From assembly GCA_963801165.1 (NCBI GenBank), contig CAWDDT010000005.1, forward strand, positions 384,001 through 448,000: DNA of 64,000 nt, read 5' to 3'. The notes under the pieces are model-generated. The model did not search any database. It saw nothing but the letters and a program-made list of their open reading frames with translations, and had not been told where the DNA came from. The translations under genes and the position numbers were made by a program. Shown here in pieces: positions 55,183 to 64,000 of the stretch. Source of the DNA: an uncultured bacterium (GTDB taxonomy: Bacteria; Actinomycetota; Acidimicrobiia; Spongiisociales; UBA5794). Numbering within the stretch: position 1 is the stretch's first letter; each line of letters starts with the position of its first letter.

Positions 55183-58083
55183 GTGAGGATCAGACTGCTC
55201 GGTTCACCCGTCGGTACCGAGGAAGGGCGCAAGGTCGAGTTGAGGGGCGCAGCCGGGGGGCTGCTGTGTCTGCTCGCCGTCCACATGGGCTCCGATGTAT
55301 CGACAGATCGCATCGCCCAGTTCATCTGGGGAGACGAACAGCCCCGCTCTTCTCGGACAGGGATCCAGGTCACCGTCCACCGGTTGCGACGCATCCTCGA
55401 CCCGGATCAGTCTGCGCCCCACACGTCGTCGATGGTCGTCACAACCGATGGTGGATACCGCCTCGAGGTCGCGCCACATGAGATCGACATTTTCGTGTTC
55501 GAGCGTCGCTTGGCCGAAGCCAAGCAACTGGCATTCGAGGGGTCGTGGGCGGAGTCGATCGCCGTCCTTCAAGACGCGCTGGAGTTGTGGCGAGGAGTGC
55601 CTTTTGGCGAGTACGGCGACAGGCCCGAGCTGATGGTGGAGGTTCACCGGCTCTCGGAGCTTCGTCTCGAGGCAGAGGACACGCTGAGCGAAGCCATGGT
55701 GCAGATCGGGCGAGCATCATCGGCGAGGCTACGAAAGCTCGCAGAAGAAGAACCTCTGCGGGAACGTCGCTGGCACCATCTCATGGTCACTCTGTATCGC
55801 GAGGGCCGCCACGCGGAGTCGCTGCAGGCTTTCAAGGCGGCTACGGACGCGCTCGAGGACTCAGGTCTCGAACCGAGCCCTGAGTTGTACCGCCTCGAGA
55901 AGCGCATCCTGCTCCACGATCAGAGCCTCCGAGCTGTTGTGCCGATGCCCGCTCGCCGCAGTTCGGGGGCGCGGTTGATCGGCCGGGAGACCGAGCTGGC
56001 GACCCTGAAGCAGGCTGTGGCGTCCTTCCGGATCACCTCCGTTATCGGCCCCCCCGGGGTCGGTAAGACCAGTCTCGTCCGAGAACTCCTTGATCACGTC
56101 GGCGGAAGAACATTCTCCATCGAAGTCAACGAGTCGAGTGGAGACATAACAACGGCCCTCGTGGCCGAGCTGGAATGCGATGTCGACACCTCAACTACAC
56201 CTATCAACCGACTTGCGGAAGTGCTCGGGGGACAGGACACCGTTCTAGTTCTTGACGGAATCGACGAGTCAATCGATGGAGTCCGGACTCTCGCCGTCGC
56301 CCTGGTCGAAGAGTGCCCCCGACTTCACCTCATCGTCACCGGGTCCGAAGCTCTGGATCTTGTCTTGGAGCGGGTTGTCCGGCTCGCACCCCTACCCACT
56401 CCATCCCCACTGTCTGATCATGAGACGATCCTGGCGAGCCCGGCAGTCCGGCTGTTCATGCAGCTGGCGGCCGTTCGCGGGGTCGACCTGAGCTCGGATC
56501 GTGAGAGTGTCGCCGAACTGACCCGTGAACTCGACGGTCTTCCGCTGGCACTGGAACTGGCGGCAGCGCTAACCGATGCCCTCGCTCCGTCCACCATCCT
56601 GGAACTCATCAGCCGAGGTGCCGATCCTCGCGGCTCCGAGCTCACTGCAGTGTTCACCAGCGCGTTCGATCGCCTGAGCAACGAGGCGAAGAACGTCCTC
56701 ATGCTCGCCGCGGAGTTCCAGGGCTGGATGACCGCAGCCGAAGTCGAATGCGTGGCCCGCCATGCCGACGACCAATCCGACGTCACATCCGCACTCATTG
56801 AACTCGCCAGGAAGTCACTACTGGTTCGCGACGACGCTACCTACCGGTTGCTCGCACCGTTGCGCACGGAGGTGCGAGCCATGACGCGAGACCATGCCAT
56901 GACGCCGAAACGCCACTTTGCCTTTCGGGAAGCCGTGGCCGAGATGGTTGAGACCGCCGATCGCTACCTGAAAACGAGCTTGCCGGGTCCTCCGATGGCG
57001 ATACTCGACCGCCTTCGTGGCGACGCACGCAAGGTGGTGCACGACGCGTTCGAAGCCGGCGAAGGATCTGTCGCCTGGCGGGTCTTTGCGGCAATGACCC
57101 TGTATTGGTGGATCCGTCAAGCTCGCGACGAAGCGACAGAAATCCGCCAGCTGGTCATGCAGATGAATCGGTCGGCGCTCGACGATGAGACGGAGCTAGC
57201 CGGACTGGCGTGTGCTGCGATCGCGGACTTCTCTCTCGCCGAGATCGCGAGAAACCATCCGCTTCTCGAGGAAGCCGCCGAGCGGGCACGCCGCACCGAA
57301 GCGAGCGGTTGGGCGTCCTTTACCCTGGCCCAATATGCGACGGCCCTGGTCACATCCGACCGGTTCCATCCTGATGCCCTTTCCGTAGCCGACGAAGCCG
57401 TAGCACACGCGGAGGCATCAGGTGAACCGTTTGCCACTATGTACGCCATGTTGACGATGGGCCTGGTGCACGCAGCTCGACTCGATTTCACCAATTCGAC
57501 CCGTTACCTCAACCGGTCCGCGGCCATGGCGGAGGCGTCGGGGCTGGAGGCGCTCGGAGCATACGCCTGGATGTGGCAGGGCCACATCTCGACATATGCG
57601 GGAGAGCCGGCTCGAGCTGTGGAGGCCTATGAGAGTGCGCTGGCCGCCTCGAAGGAGATAGCTTGGGTCCACCACAGTTCGCTTCTCGGGCTCGCCGAGG
57701 CCGGGGAGCTTCTGGGAGACCTCGACACGCTCGACAGGTATCGCTCGGCGGCGGTGACGTTACGCGACATGGGCGACATCCGTGGCGCGGCGACGGCAGC
57801 CTTTCGGGCGGCGGCGCTCGAGATCGAGATCGGCCATCTCGAGCGGGCGGAACGTCTGCTGGCAACTGCTGTCCCGGATCTGCAGCGGTGGGGAGACGCG
57901 GCCGTGCAGGCTGCCTCGGTGGTGACGCTGGCCACTCTCGACCTTGCCCTGGGAGACGTCTCTGCTGCCACCGAGCACCTCACCGAGGCAGAGAACCTCT
58001 TCATCAGGGTCGGGGTGCCGCCCGATCCGCTCACACTGCGTGCCCTCGATCGGTTGAGAAGCGGTCTGGCGGGGTCACAGTGA
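55183..58083 (+). CDS. AfsR/SARP-family regulator (wHTH-BTAD-NTPase-TPR)
   Basis: 'IRLLG', 'ALELWRG', 'EPLRE..W..LM..LYR.GR', Walker A 'GPPGVGKT', 'LDGLPLALELAAA'. Confidence 0.9.
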   Translation: MRIRLLGSPVGTEEGRKVELRGAAGGLLCLLAVHMGSDVSTDRIAQFIWGDEQPRSSRTGIQVTVHRLRRILDPDQSAPHTSSMVVTTDGGYRLEVAPHEIDIFVFERRLAEAKQLAFEGSWAESIAVLQDALELWRGVPFGEYGDRPELMVEVHRLSELRLEAEDTLSEAMVQIGRASSARLRKLAEEEPLRERRWHHLMVTLYREGRHAESLQAFKAATDALEDSGLEPSPELYRLEKRILLHDQSLRAVVPMPARRSSGARLIGRETELATLKQAVASFRITSVIGPPGVGKTSLVRELLDHVGGRTFSIEVNESSGDITTALVAELECDVDTSTTPINRLAEVLGGQDTVLVLDGIDESIDGVRTLAVALVEECPRLHLIVTGSEALDLVLERVVRLAPLPTPSPLSDHETILASPAVRLFMQLAAVRGVDLSSDRESVAELTRELDGLPLALELAAALTDALAPSTILELISRGADPRGSELTAVFTSAFDRLSNEAKNVLMLAAEFQGWMTAAEVECVARHADDQSDVTSALIELARKSLLVRDDATYRLLAPLRTEVRAMTRDHAMTPKRHFAFREAVAEMVETADRYLKTSLPGPPMAILDRLRGDARKVVHDAFEAGEGSVAWRVFAAMTLYWWIRQARDEATEIRQLVMQMNRSALDDETELAGLACAAIADFSLAEIARNHPLLEEAAERARRTEASGWASFTLAQYATALVTSDRFHPDALSVADEAVAHAEASGEPFATMYAMLTMGLVHAARLDFTNSTRYLNRSAAMAEASGLEALGAYAWMWQGHISTYAGEPARAVEAYESALAASKEIAWVHHSSLLGLAEAGELLGDLDTLDRYRSAAVTLRDMGDIRGAATAAFRAAALEIEIGHLERAERLLATAVPDLQRWGDAAVQAASVVTLATLDLALGDVSAATEHLTEAENLFIRVGVPPDPLTLRALDRLRSGLAGSQ

Positions 58084-59414
58084 CGCCCGACCGTCTCTCC
58101 CGGCGCGCCCTCGTGCCCTACTCGGTAGGGGCGGTCGGCCCGTCGATTGTGTTCGCTCTGCAGGGTTTGTTCCTTCTCTACTTCCTCACCGACGTGGCAC
58201 TCATCCCGGCTGCCACGGTGACAGTCGCGCTTGCTCTGGGGCGTATCTGGGACATTCTCAATGACCCTCTAGTGGGATGGGTATCCGATCGGACGGTTTC
58301 TCGGCTGGGACGCCGCCGACCCTACATGCTGTGGGGCGCGGTTCCGCTAGCCGTCTCGACATATTTCATGTTCGCCATCCCTCGGGGATTGACCGGGTCA
58401 TGGGCCGTTCTTGTCGTGTTCGGTGCCTTCTTCTTCTGGGATCTGGCGCTCACGGTGGTGCACGTCCCGTTCGTCGCTCTCGGAGCCGAGATGACCACCG
58501 TCTACGACGGGCGAACACGAGTCGTCGCGTATGGAGCAGCCGGTGCGGTCCTCGGCTACCTACTCGGAGGAGTAGGCACCCCGACGCTCGTGTCCTTCTT
58601 CACCAGTGATGTGGCCGGCTATCGCGTCGCGGGCGCATTCTGCGGGATCATCGCCGGAGCAACTGCGGCCGGGGCGGCATGGAAGGTGACGGAGGTCGAA
58701 CGCGTCCCTACAACGCTCTCCATACGTCGTACTGCAGAGGTCATACTGACAAATCGTCCGTTTCGGGTGCTGGTCATCAGTCTCGCTCTCGTTTCGTTTG
58801 CGTTCACCGCGGCCACGGCGGCGCTCCCGTACTTCGTGGCTCATCAGCTCCTGGCCGGTGAGCAATTCACCGGGGCTCTTGTGTTCGAGCTACTCGGTGT
58901 TGTCGCGCTGGGAATTCCGGTATGGAGGTGGATTTCGGTCCGCACCACGAAACATGAGGCATACGCCTACGGTCTCGGCATCATGTCAACGGCCCTGGCC
59001 GCCGTGCTTCTCATCCCGTCACAGGGGATCATCGCCGCGTTCGTGTTGGTCGCATTCATCGGGTTCGGCAACGCGGCCCACTGGGTTCTGCCCTGGTCAA
59101 TGATTCCAGACGCCGTCGATGTATCCGACGCGGGCGACGCCGTCGGCACGCATTTCGGCGTATACGGGGTTGTGGAGAAGGTGGCGGGAAGCGTGTCCAT
59201 CGTGGCCATGGGCGGAGCGCTGGCACTATTTGGTTATCGAGGCGGCGTTGATCCATCGCATACCGCGGTGCTCGGAATACGGCTACTCGTCGGGCCGATC
59301 CCGGCAATGTTTGTTGCCGGCGCAGCACTCGTCATGCGGAGATACCCGATCGAGACCCACCGCAGCCCGCGGCTTGCTCGGTCCGTCGAGCCCGACCCGG
59401 AACTCGGCTCCTAA
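58080..59414 (+). CDS. GPH (MelB-like) glycoside:cation symporter
   Basis: 'WDILNDPLVG.VSDRT.SRLGRRRPY', 'WSMIPD.VD'; GTGA overlap with the SARP gene. Confidence 0.88.
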   Translation: MTPDRLSRRALVPYSVGAVGPSIVFALQGLFLLYFLTDVALIPAATVTVALALGRIWDILNDPLVGWVSDRTVSRLGRRRPYMLWGAVPLAVSTYFMFAIPRGLTGSWAVLVVFGAFFFWDLALTVVHVPFVALGAEMTTVYDGRTRVVAYGAAGAVLGYLLGGVGTPTLVSFFTSDVAGYRVAGAFCGIIAGATAAGAAWKVTEVERVPTTLSIRRTAEVILTNRPFRVLVISLALVSFAFTAATAALPYFVAHQLLAGEQFTGALVFELLGVVALGIPVWRWISVRTTKHEAYAYGLGIMSTALAAVLLIPSQGIIAAFVLVAFIGFGNAAHWVLPWSMIPDAVDVSDAGDAVGTHFGVYGVVEKVAGSVSIVAMGGALALFGYRGGVDPSHTAVLGIRLLVGPIPAMFVAGAALVMRRYPIETHRSPRLARSVEPDPELGS

Positions 59415-59450
59415 GCGTCCAGACGGCCGTTGTCGGCCGAATCGGACGCT
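59414..59450. repeat. REP-like stem-loop (copy 2)
   Basis: AGCGTCC AGACGGCCGTTGTCGGCCGAATC GGACGCT. Confidence 0.55.
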
Positions 59451-59869
59451 GGAGGCGGGCTTGAGAGGTTCGTATCCTGGTTCCGTTCTCGTGATGCTCG
59501 ATCTCGACACACGCTGTTCGATCGACAGGCGGCGTTGCCCGCCTCCGTTGGCCGGTAGCAGGACGAGGCGGGGTCACTAATCGTCGCCGTGTGGGCGTAC
59601 GAGAGCCGGGAGAGCGACGAGACCATCCGGGACCGGGTGCGCTTCGACCCCGCGTCGATCCGGGCGAGGACGGTGCGCCGGGAACGATACGATCCGTTGT
59701 TCATCTCCAGCGAGGAGCATCTCATGGAATCGACGGTCCTGCTGGAATGGACCGAACTGCGACACCTCGGGTGACCGACCGTGCCGTGCTCAGTCGGCGA
59801 GATGCTCCGAAATGATCTCGACGGTTGCTCGGGCCTATCTCGAGACCAGGCGGCTCGTTCCCGCTGACG

Positions 59870-60035
59870 CCCGCACCCTATATACGCCGCCGCACCCTCG
59901 ACGAGCCTGTACTCGATGATCTCGGATCCATCGGGGTCGACGACCCAATACCGCTGCAGCCCTGCTGCGGCGCATTTGTGTGCCTTGCGGAGAAGGTCCG
60001 CAGCTCGGTCCGTCGACAGAACCTCGATCGCTGGG
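59870..60035 (-). pseudogene. Fragment of a Uma2-family (PD-(D/E)XK) endonuclease
   Basis: 'IEVLS..RAADLLRK...AAAGLQRYWVVDPD' without a recognisable N-terminus. Confidence 0.6.
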
Positions 60036-60216
60036 AAACGCCGGTCATCATCACCCGCCGGGAAGGCTTCAATACGGTGTCGTTTGGGGAGCAACGAGGA
60101 CCAATCACCGGACCCTTGCCCGCCCGTGTCCGGACAGCCAAGCGGGCGTACCGGTGTCTGCGGGTTCCGGTTCTGACCATCGATTTCGTGTCATACCCGC
60201 TTGGTACGTTGTCTTC

Positions 60217-61326
60217 ATGTTGTTCACGGATCCTGATCTGGTTACAGATTTCAAGACCGAGTTGGCGGAGAACTCTGCCGAGATCGCCCGGCTCGAGGCG
60301 CGGCGGTTGACCCTACTGAACCAGCTGCAACGCGCCGGCGCCGCCGAAGCCGGCGGGGCCAGAACGATGGTGGACTGGACGGCAACCACGCTCGATGTGA
60401 CCCATCGCCACGCCCAACAGTTGGTCGCTGCGGCCAACAACCTGTGTCGCAAGGACCCGTACCTGTTCGAACAACTCGAAGACGGCGAGATCAGTTTCGA
60501 CCGCGCCATGACCACTCTGACGCTGATGGGGGCCGATGCCCCGATGGGTGTCGTTGACCTAAGCCTGGACCTCGATCTGGCTGCGGTGAACCGGCTCATC
60601 AACCAGTACCGGCGCATCACCCACAAAGACGAACAGCAAGCTTTCAACGATCGCCACTTCTCGATACAACCGACCCTGGACAACTCGATGTGGCGAGGCT
60701 CCCTCGAGCTCCCGGCAGTCGAGGGCTCCATCGTCGACCAAGCCATCGCGGCAAAGGCAGATGAACTACGGCAGCTCCCCGGCGGCGACCACTACACCCG
60801 CAGCCAACTCAACGCCGACGCTCTCGTGATGATCTCCCAAGACTCCCTCACCAACAACGAGGAAGCCACCTCTGGTGGGGTCGCGGCTACGGTGTTTGTC
60901 GACCTCGACCGTGCCAACGGCACCGGTGGCGAGCTGGGTGTCGAACTGCAATACGGACCCAGGGTCGGACCGAACGTACTCGACGAGGTCCTATGCGGCG
61001 GCACCGTCCGCGTGGTCGGCTTGGAGGACGGCCAACCGGTGGTGACCTCCCACGCGGCGTCAGCGATACCACCTGCGATGCGCGACTTTGTCGCCTGGCG
61101 TGACAAAGGCTGCGTCGTCAAAGGTTGCCACAGCCGCTACCGGCTCCAGATCCACCACATCAAACATCGTGCTCACCACGGGGATCATGATCCATCGAAC
61201 CTCGCCGTGTTGTGCTGGTTTCACCATCACATAGCCATCCACCAAACCGGGTTCTCCATCGACGTGAGCGACCCGCCAAGCTGTCGGAGACTCATCCCAC
61301 CCGGCCATGGATCCGACCCGCCTTAG
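60217..61326 (+). CDS. DUF222/13E12-type HNH endonuclease domain protein
   Basis: 'RDKGCVVKGC.....IHHIKH....G......NLAVLCWFHH'; actinobacterial DUF222-like N-terminus. Confidence 0.85.
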   Translation: MLFTDPDLVTDFKTELAENSAEIARLEARRLTLLNQLQRAGAAEAGGARTMVDWTATTLDVTHRHAQQLVAAANNLCRKDPYLFEQLEDGEISFDRAMTTLTLMGADAPMGVVDLSLDLDLAAVNRLINQYRRITHKDEQQAFNDRHFSIQPTLDNSMWRGSLELPAVEGSIVDQAIAAKADELRQLPGGDHYTRSQLNADALVMISQDSLTNNEEATSGGVAATVFVDLDRANGTGGELGVELQYGPRVGPNVLDEVLCGGTVRVVGLEDGQPVVTSHAASAIPPAMRDFVAWRDKGCVVKGCHSRYRLQIHHIKHRAHHGDHDPSNLAVLCWFHHHIAIHQTGFSIDVSDPPSCRRLIPPGHGSDPP

Positions 61327-61558
61327 TAGGCGTGACACCACTTCCCCACTGGGTTTCTGTCACCCAGCCTGGTCTCCCGATACCAAGCCATCGCTCAGAT
61401 CTCCGTTCCTCCCGATTCCGGCTGGGTTGGCGCGCTCCGCCACGGACCTATCCGCGGCGACGCTGACGTGTGCCACATACAACGCATCCGGCTTTTCCTT
61501 CAGCGGTTGAATCGCACCGAGCGTGGCTGACGCCACTCCGCCAGCAGCGAGATTCCGG

Positions 61559-62047
61559 TCAGACGTCGTGCTCAGCGATGACCTCAAAACCTGCCCGGGT
61601 GAACACGGTCTCGGAGGGCAGGTTTCCCGTTGTGATGAAAGCCCGCAAGTCGTCGTACCCGTCTGCCCACACCGATGCCGCAGCCCGATCGAGCAACACG
61701 CCGGCCAGGCCGCGGTTCTTCACAGCCGCACGGGTCATGATGTAGCCGACCATCGGCGCACCGGCCAACTTGCCCAACAATGCCGCCGCCTGTAGCTCCC
61801 CGTTGCGCTCAGCGACAACAGATGCACCCAGATAGGCTTCATTGTGAAGGTAGCGATCCACCTCGTCGCGGGCGTCGTCGAGGTCCTCGCCCTCGTAGTC
61901 GATCGTGCCCGTGTAGGCGTCGAGCATCAAGGACGCCAACTGCTCAGTGTCCTCCGCCGCCAGCGCTCGGACGGTCACGCCGTCGGGCAGCATACGACCG
62001 GACGGTATGAAGGCAGGCCGGGTCACCAGGTATTCACGTTTCGTCAT
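61559..62047 (-). CDS. GNAT-family acetyltransferase
   Basis: 'KNRGLAG.LL', 'GNLPSE.VF.RAGF'. Confidence 0.8.
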   Translation of the reverse strand: MTKREYLVTRPAFIPSGRMLPDGVTVRALAAEDTEQLASLMLDAYTGTIDYEGEDLDDARDEVDRYLHNEAYLGASVVAERNGELQAAALLGKLAGAPMVGYIMTRAAVKNRGLAGVLLDRAAASVWADGYDDLRAFITTGNLPSETVFTRAGFEVIAEHDV

Positions 62048-62087
62048 CGGGTGCACCCTACCCACGCCGGCACCTCAGAACACGATG

Positions 62088-62117
62088 AAGCCCCCACCCG
62101 GATCCGGGTGGGGGCTT
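62088..62117. terminator. Rho-independent terminator
   Basis: AAGCCCCCACCCGG AT CCGGGTGGGGGCTT. Confidence 0.75.
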
Positions 62118-62165
62118 CTGTGTTACCCACGGGTCAAAGGTCGGGGTTTGACCCGCGAGGAGGTT

Positions 62166-62876
62166 CTACACGCCCGCTGTCGTGAGTTCTCTCTCGACTT
62201 CGCGGTCGGTAGCAATGCTGATTTCCTTCTTGCCGTCACCGCTGGACGCCCAGACGAGGCCGGCGCCTGCGATGATCACAACCAGGCCGAGAGCGGCGAA
62301 CAGACCGGACAGGGCCAGAGCCAGCTTCAGCGCAGAGTGCGTGACGGTGCCGACACCGAGCTCACCGATCATGCCCAGCACAACTCCGCTCCATGCTGCG
62401 CTGCGAACCTCAGAGTTCACCGGGTTGCTGCGGTCGAACTGGCTGTAGTACCGACCGGCGACCGCCGCGTCGATCGGGTCGCCCGCCTCGTAATGCACAC
62501 CCTCGTAGTCAATGGGCTCGTCCAGGAAGACGGTCTGGGTGCCGTCGAGGACGTGCGTGCTGATTGTGGCCATCTGGTACATGTACTCGCTCGCCGTGTT
62601 GACCAGCGGATCGCTCGGGTTCATCTCGCTCGGGACGACTTTGTAGCCCCACTCGTTCTCGAGACGGTTCATGATCTCCTCGGCCCCCTCGACGGTGCCG
62701 TGGTCCAGAAGCTGTCCTTCTTCGTTGTAGGTGAGCGTGACACCCTGCGCCTCGCTGAACTTCTGCAGCGAGTGGTAGCCGCTCTGGGTCTGCGAATAGC
62801 CGACTCCACCCGCGACCACGAAACCGAGCCCCAGTACAACGAGTACGTAGCCGAGCTTCTTGAGACGGTCTTTCAT
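62166..62876 (-). CDS. Conserved actinobacterial membrane protein, hypothetical
   Basis: N- and C-terminal TM helices; GAGG RBS. Confidence 0.7.
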   Translation of the reverse strand: MKDRLKKLGYVLVVLGLGFVVAGGVGYSQTQSGYHSLQKFSEAQGVTLTYNEEGQLLDHGTVEGAEEIMNRLENEWGYKVVPSEMNPSDPLVNTASEYMYQMATISTHVLDGTQTVFLDEPIDYEGVHYEAGDPIDAAVAGRYYSQFDRSNPVNSEVRSAAWSGVVLGMIGELGVGTVTHSALKLALALSGLFAALGLVVIIAGAGLVWASSGDGKKEISIATDREVERELTTAGV

Positions 62877-63134
62877 TTGATACTTCCTCTCGTATCCGAC
62901 CAGACAACTGAGACGAATGCGTATTTACTTACCCAACGTCTCTGGGATTGTGGCGGGAGAGAGCACCAGGGCCTATCGGCCATAGCGACGTTCCTGAGGT
63001 CCCGAACGGCCCGGGCCGTTAGTCCCTGGAGGGGGATCCAAGAGACCTAGTCGTTTACTACACAATTAGACAAAGTGTGCGCCACGGCCGCTGCAAGCAG
63101 CCCGGAGCTCGCTCAATCGAACTCCACAGGAGCC

Positions 63135-63896
63135 CTACAAACGCGCCCGAAGCCAGGCGATGTCCTTCTTCTGACCGTCGTCATCGCTGGGCGTCTCGAC
63201 CACAACTGGAGCGCCGGCCGCTCGGACCGTCCCAATGATCAGCTCCTCGGGGATCTCACCGCGACCCAGGTTGGTGTGACGGTCTCGCCTGCTGTCGAAC
63301 GGGTCTCGCGAATCGTTGCAATGGACCAGGTCCACCTTCCCGGTAGCGGCAACGATCCGGTCGACCGCCGTCATCAGGTCCTCTCCGGACGCCCACGCAT
63401 GACAGGTGTCCAGACAGACACCAACGTTGTAGCTTCCGATCTCTCCCCACAGCCGCCCGTAGTTGTCCAACTCGCGCACAACGGCATTGCCCCCGCCCGC
63501 CGTGTTCTCGATGAGCAACGGCACCGTCGCCTCGAACGTATCGAGTGCCTTGCGCCAGCGCTCGAAGCCCACAGCGACATCCTCGTCGTCACCGACGTGG
63601 CCGCCGTGCACGATCACCCCCGCGGCGCCCAGCTCCCCGGCGGCCTCGACGGTTTGGGCGAGCGTCTTCCGGCTGGGGATGCGGATCCGGTTGTTCGGCG
63701 ACGCCGGGTTCATGATGTAGGGGGCATGAACGTACAGGGGTATACCCGAGGCGATCATCTCTGCCGCATCTTCCCGCGGCACCGGGTTCTTGTACGACTG
63801 CGGGTTGGAGATGAACATCTGGATGACCTCGGCCCCGCGCTCTCTTGCGTCGGCCAGCGGGTCCGTGGCTCCAACATGTGCTCCGATCAAGATCAT
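63135..63896 (-). CDS. nfo: Endonuclease IV
   Basis: 'IGAHV', 'VHAPY..N', 'IENTAG', 'CLDTCHAW', 'H.NDS', 'DRH.NLG.G', 'ETP'. Confidence 0.93.
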   Translation of the reverse strand: MILIGAHVGATDPLADARERGAEVIQMFISNPQSYKNPVPREDAAEMIASGIPLYVHAPYIMNPASPNNRIRIPSRKTLAQTVEAAGELGAAGVIVHGGHVGDDEDVAVGFERWRKALDTFEATVPLLIENTAGGGNAVVRELDNYGRLWGEIGSYNVGVCLDTCHAWASGEDLMTAVDRIVAATGKVDLVHCNDSRDPFDSRRDRHTNLGRGEIPEELIIGTVRAAGAPVVVETPSDDDGQKKDIAWLRARL

Positions 63897-64000
63897 TGAT
63901 ACTCACCCCGTGGTCGATCCAGCTGCAGCTCGGCGCGGACGACCACGTCCTCAACAGGGGTCTCCCACCCGTCTGCATCCACGTAGAGGGTGTTGCCCCG

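Noticed and set aside
63893-64000. 3' end of a gene upstream of nfo
   Set aside because: Too short to assign a product.

Overview
High-GC bacterial chromosome segment, most likely an Acidimicrobiia-type actinobacterium (inferred from Cys-containing SLH-like repeats, a DUF222-HNH gene, an ECF42-type sigma factor and a PadR-ino1 pair). The left end carries the conserved rpsF-ssb-rpsR-rplI-dnaB block; DnaB has a 426-aa LAGLIDADG intein. The middle (about 10.8-41 kb) is a large catabolic region with three parts. (i) A LacI-controlled variant inositol (iol) cluster with three copies of the operator TGGAACGTTCCA. (ii) An AmmeMemoRadiSam gene trio. (iii) The main finding, an 8-gene minus-strand cluster (28.4-36.1 kb) that appears to encode complete single-organism sulfoquinovose breakdown to sulfite: GH188-type NAD-dependent sulfoquinovosidase, SQ isomerase, sulfofructose transaldolase, SlcC/ComC sulfolactate racemisation and SuyAB sulfo-lyase. 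An archaeal-type phosphorylating GAPDH occupies the slot of the usual sulfolactaldehyde dehydrogenase, and a sugar ABC importer is divergently transcribed. The right part has panB, TetR/MFS, VanW, ino1, a second SLH protein, a SARP regulator with a GPH transporter, decayed mobile-type sequence and nfo. All family calls come from motif recognition by eye; no database search was run.
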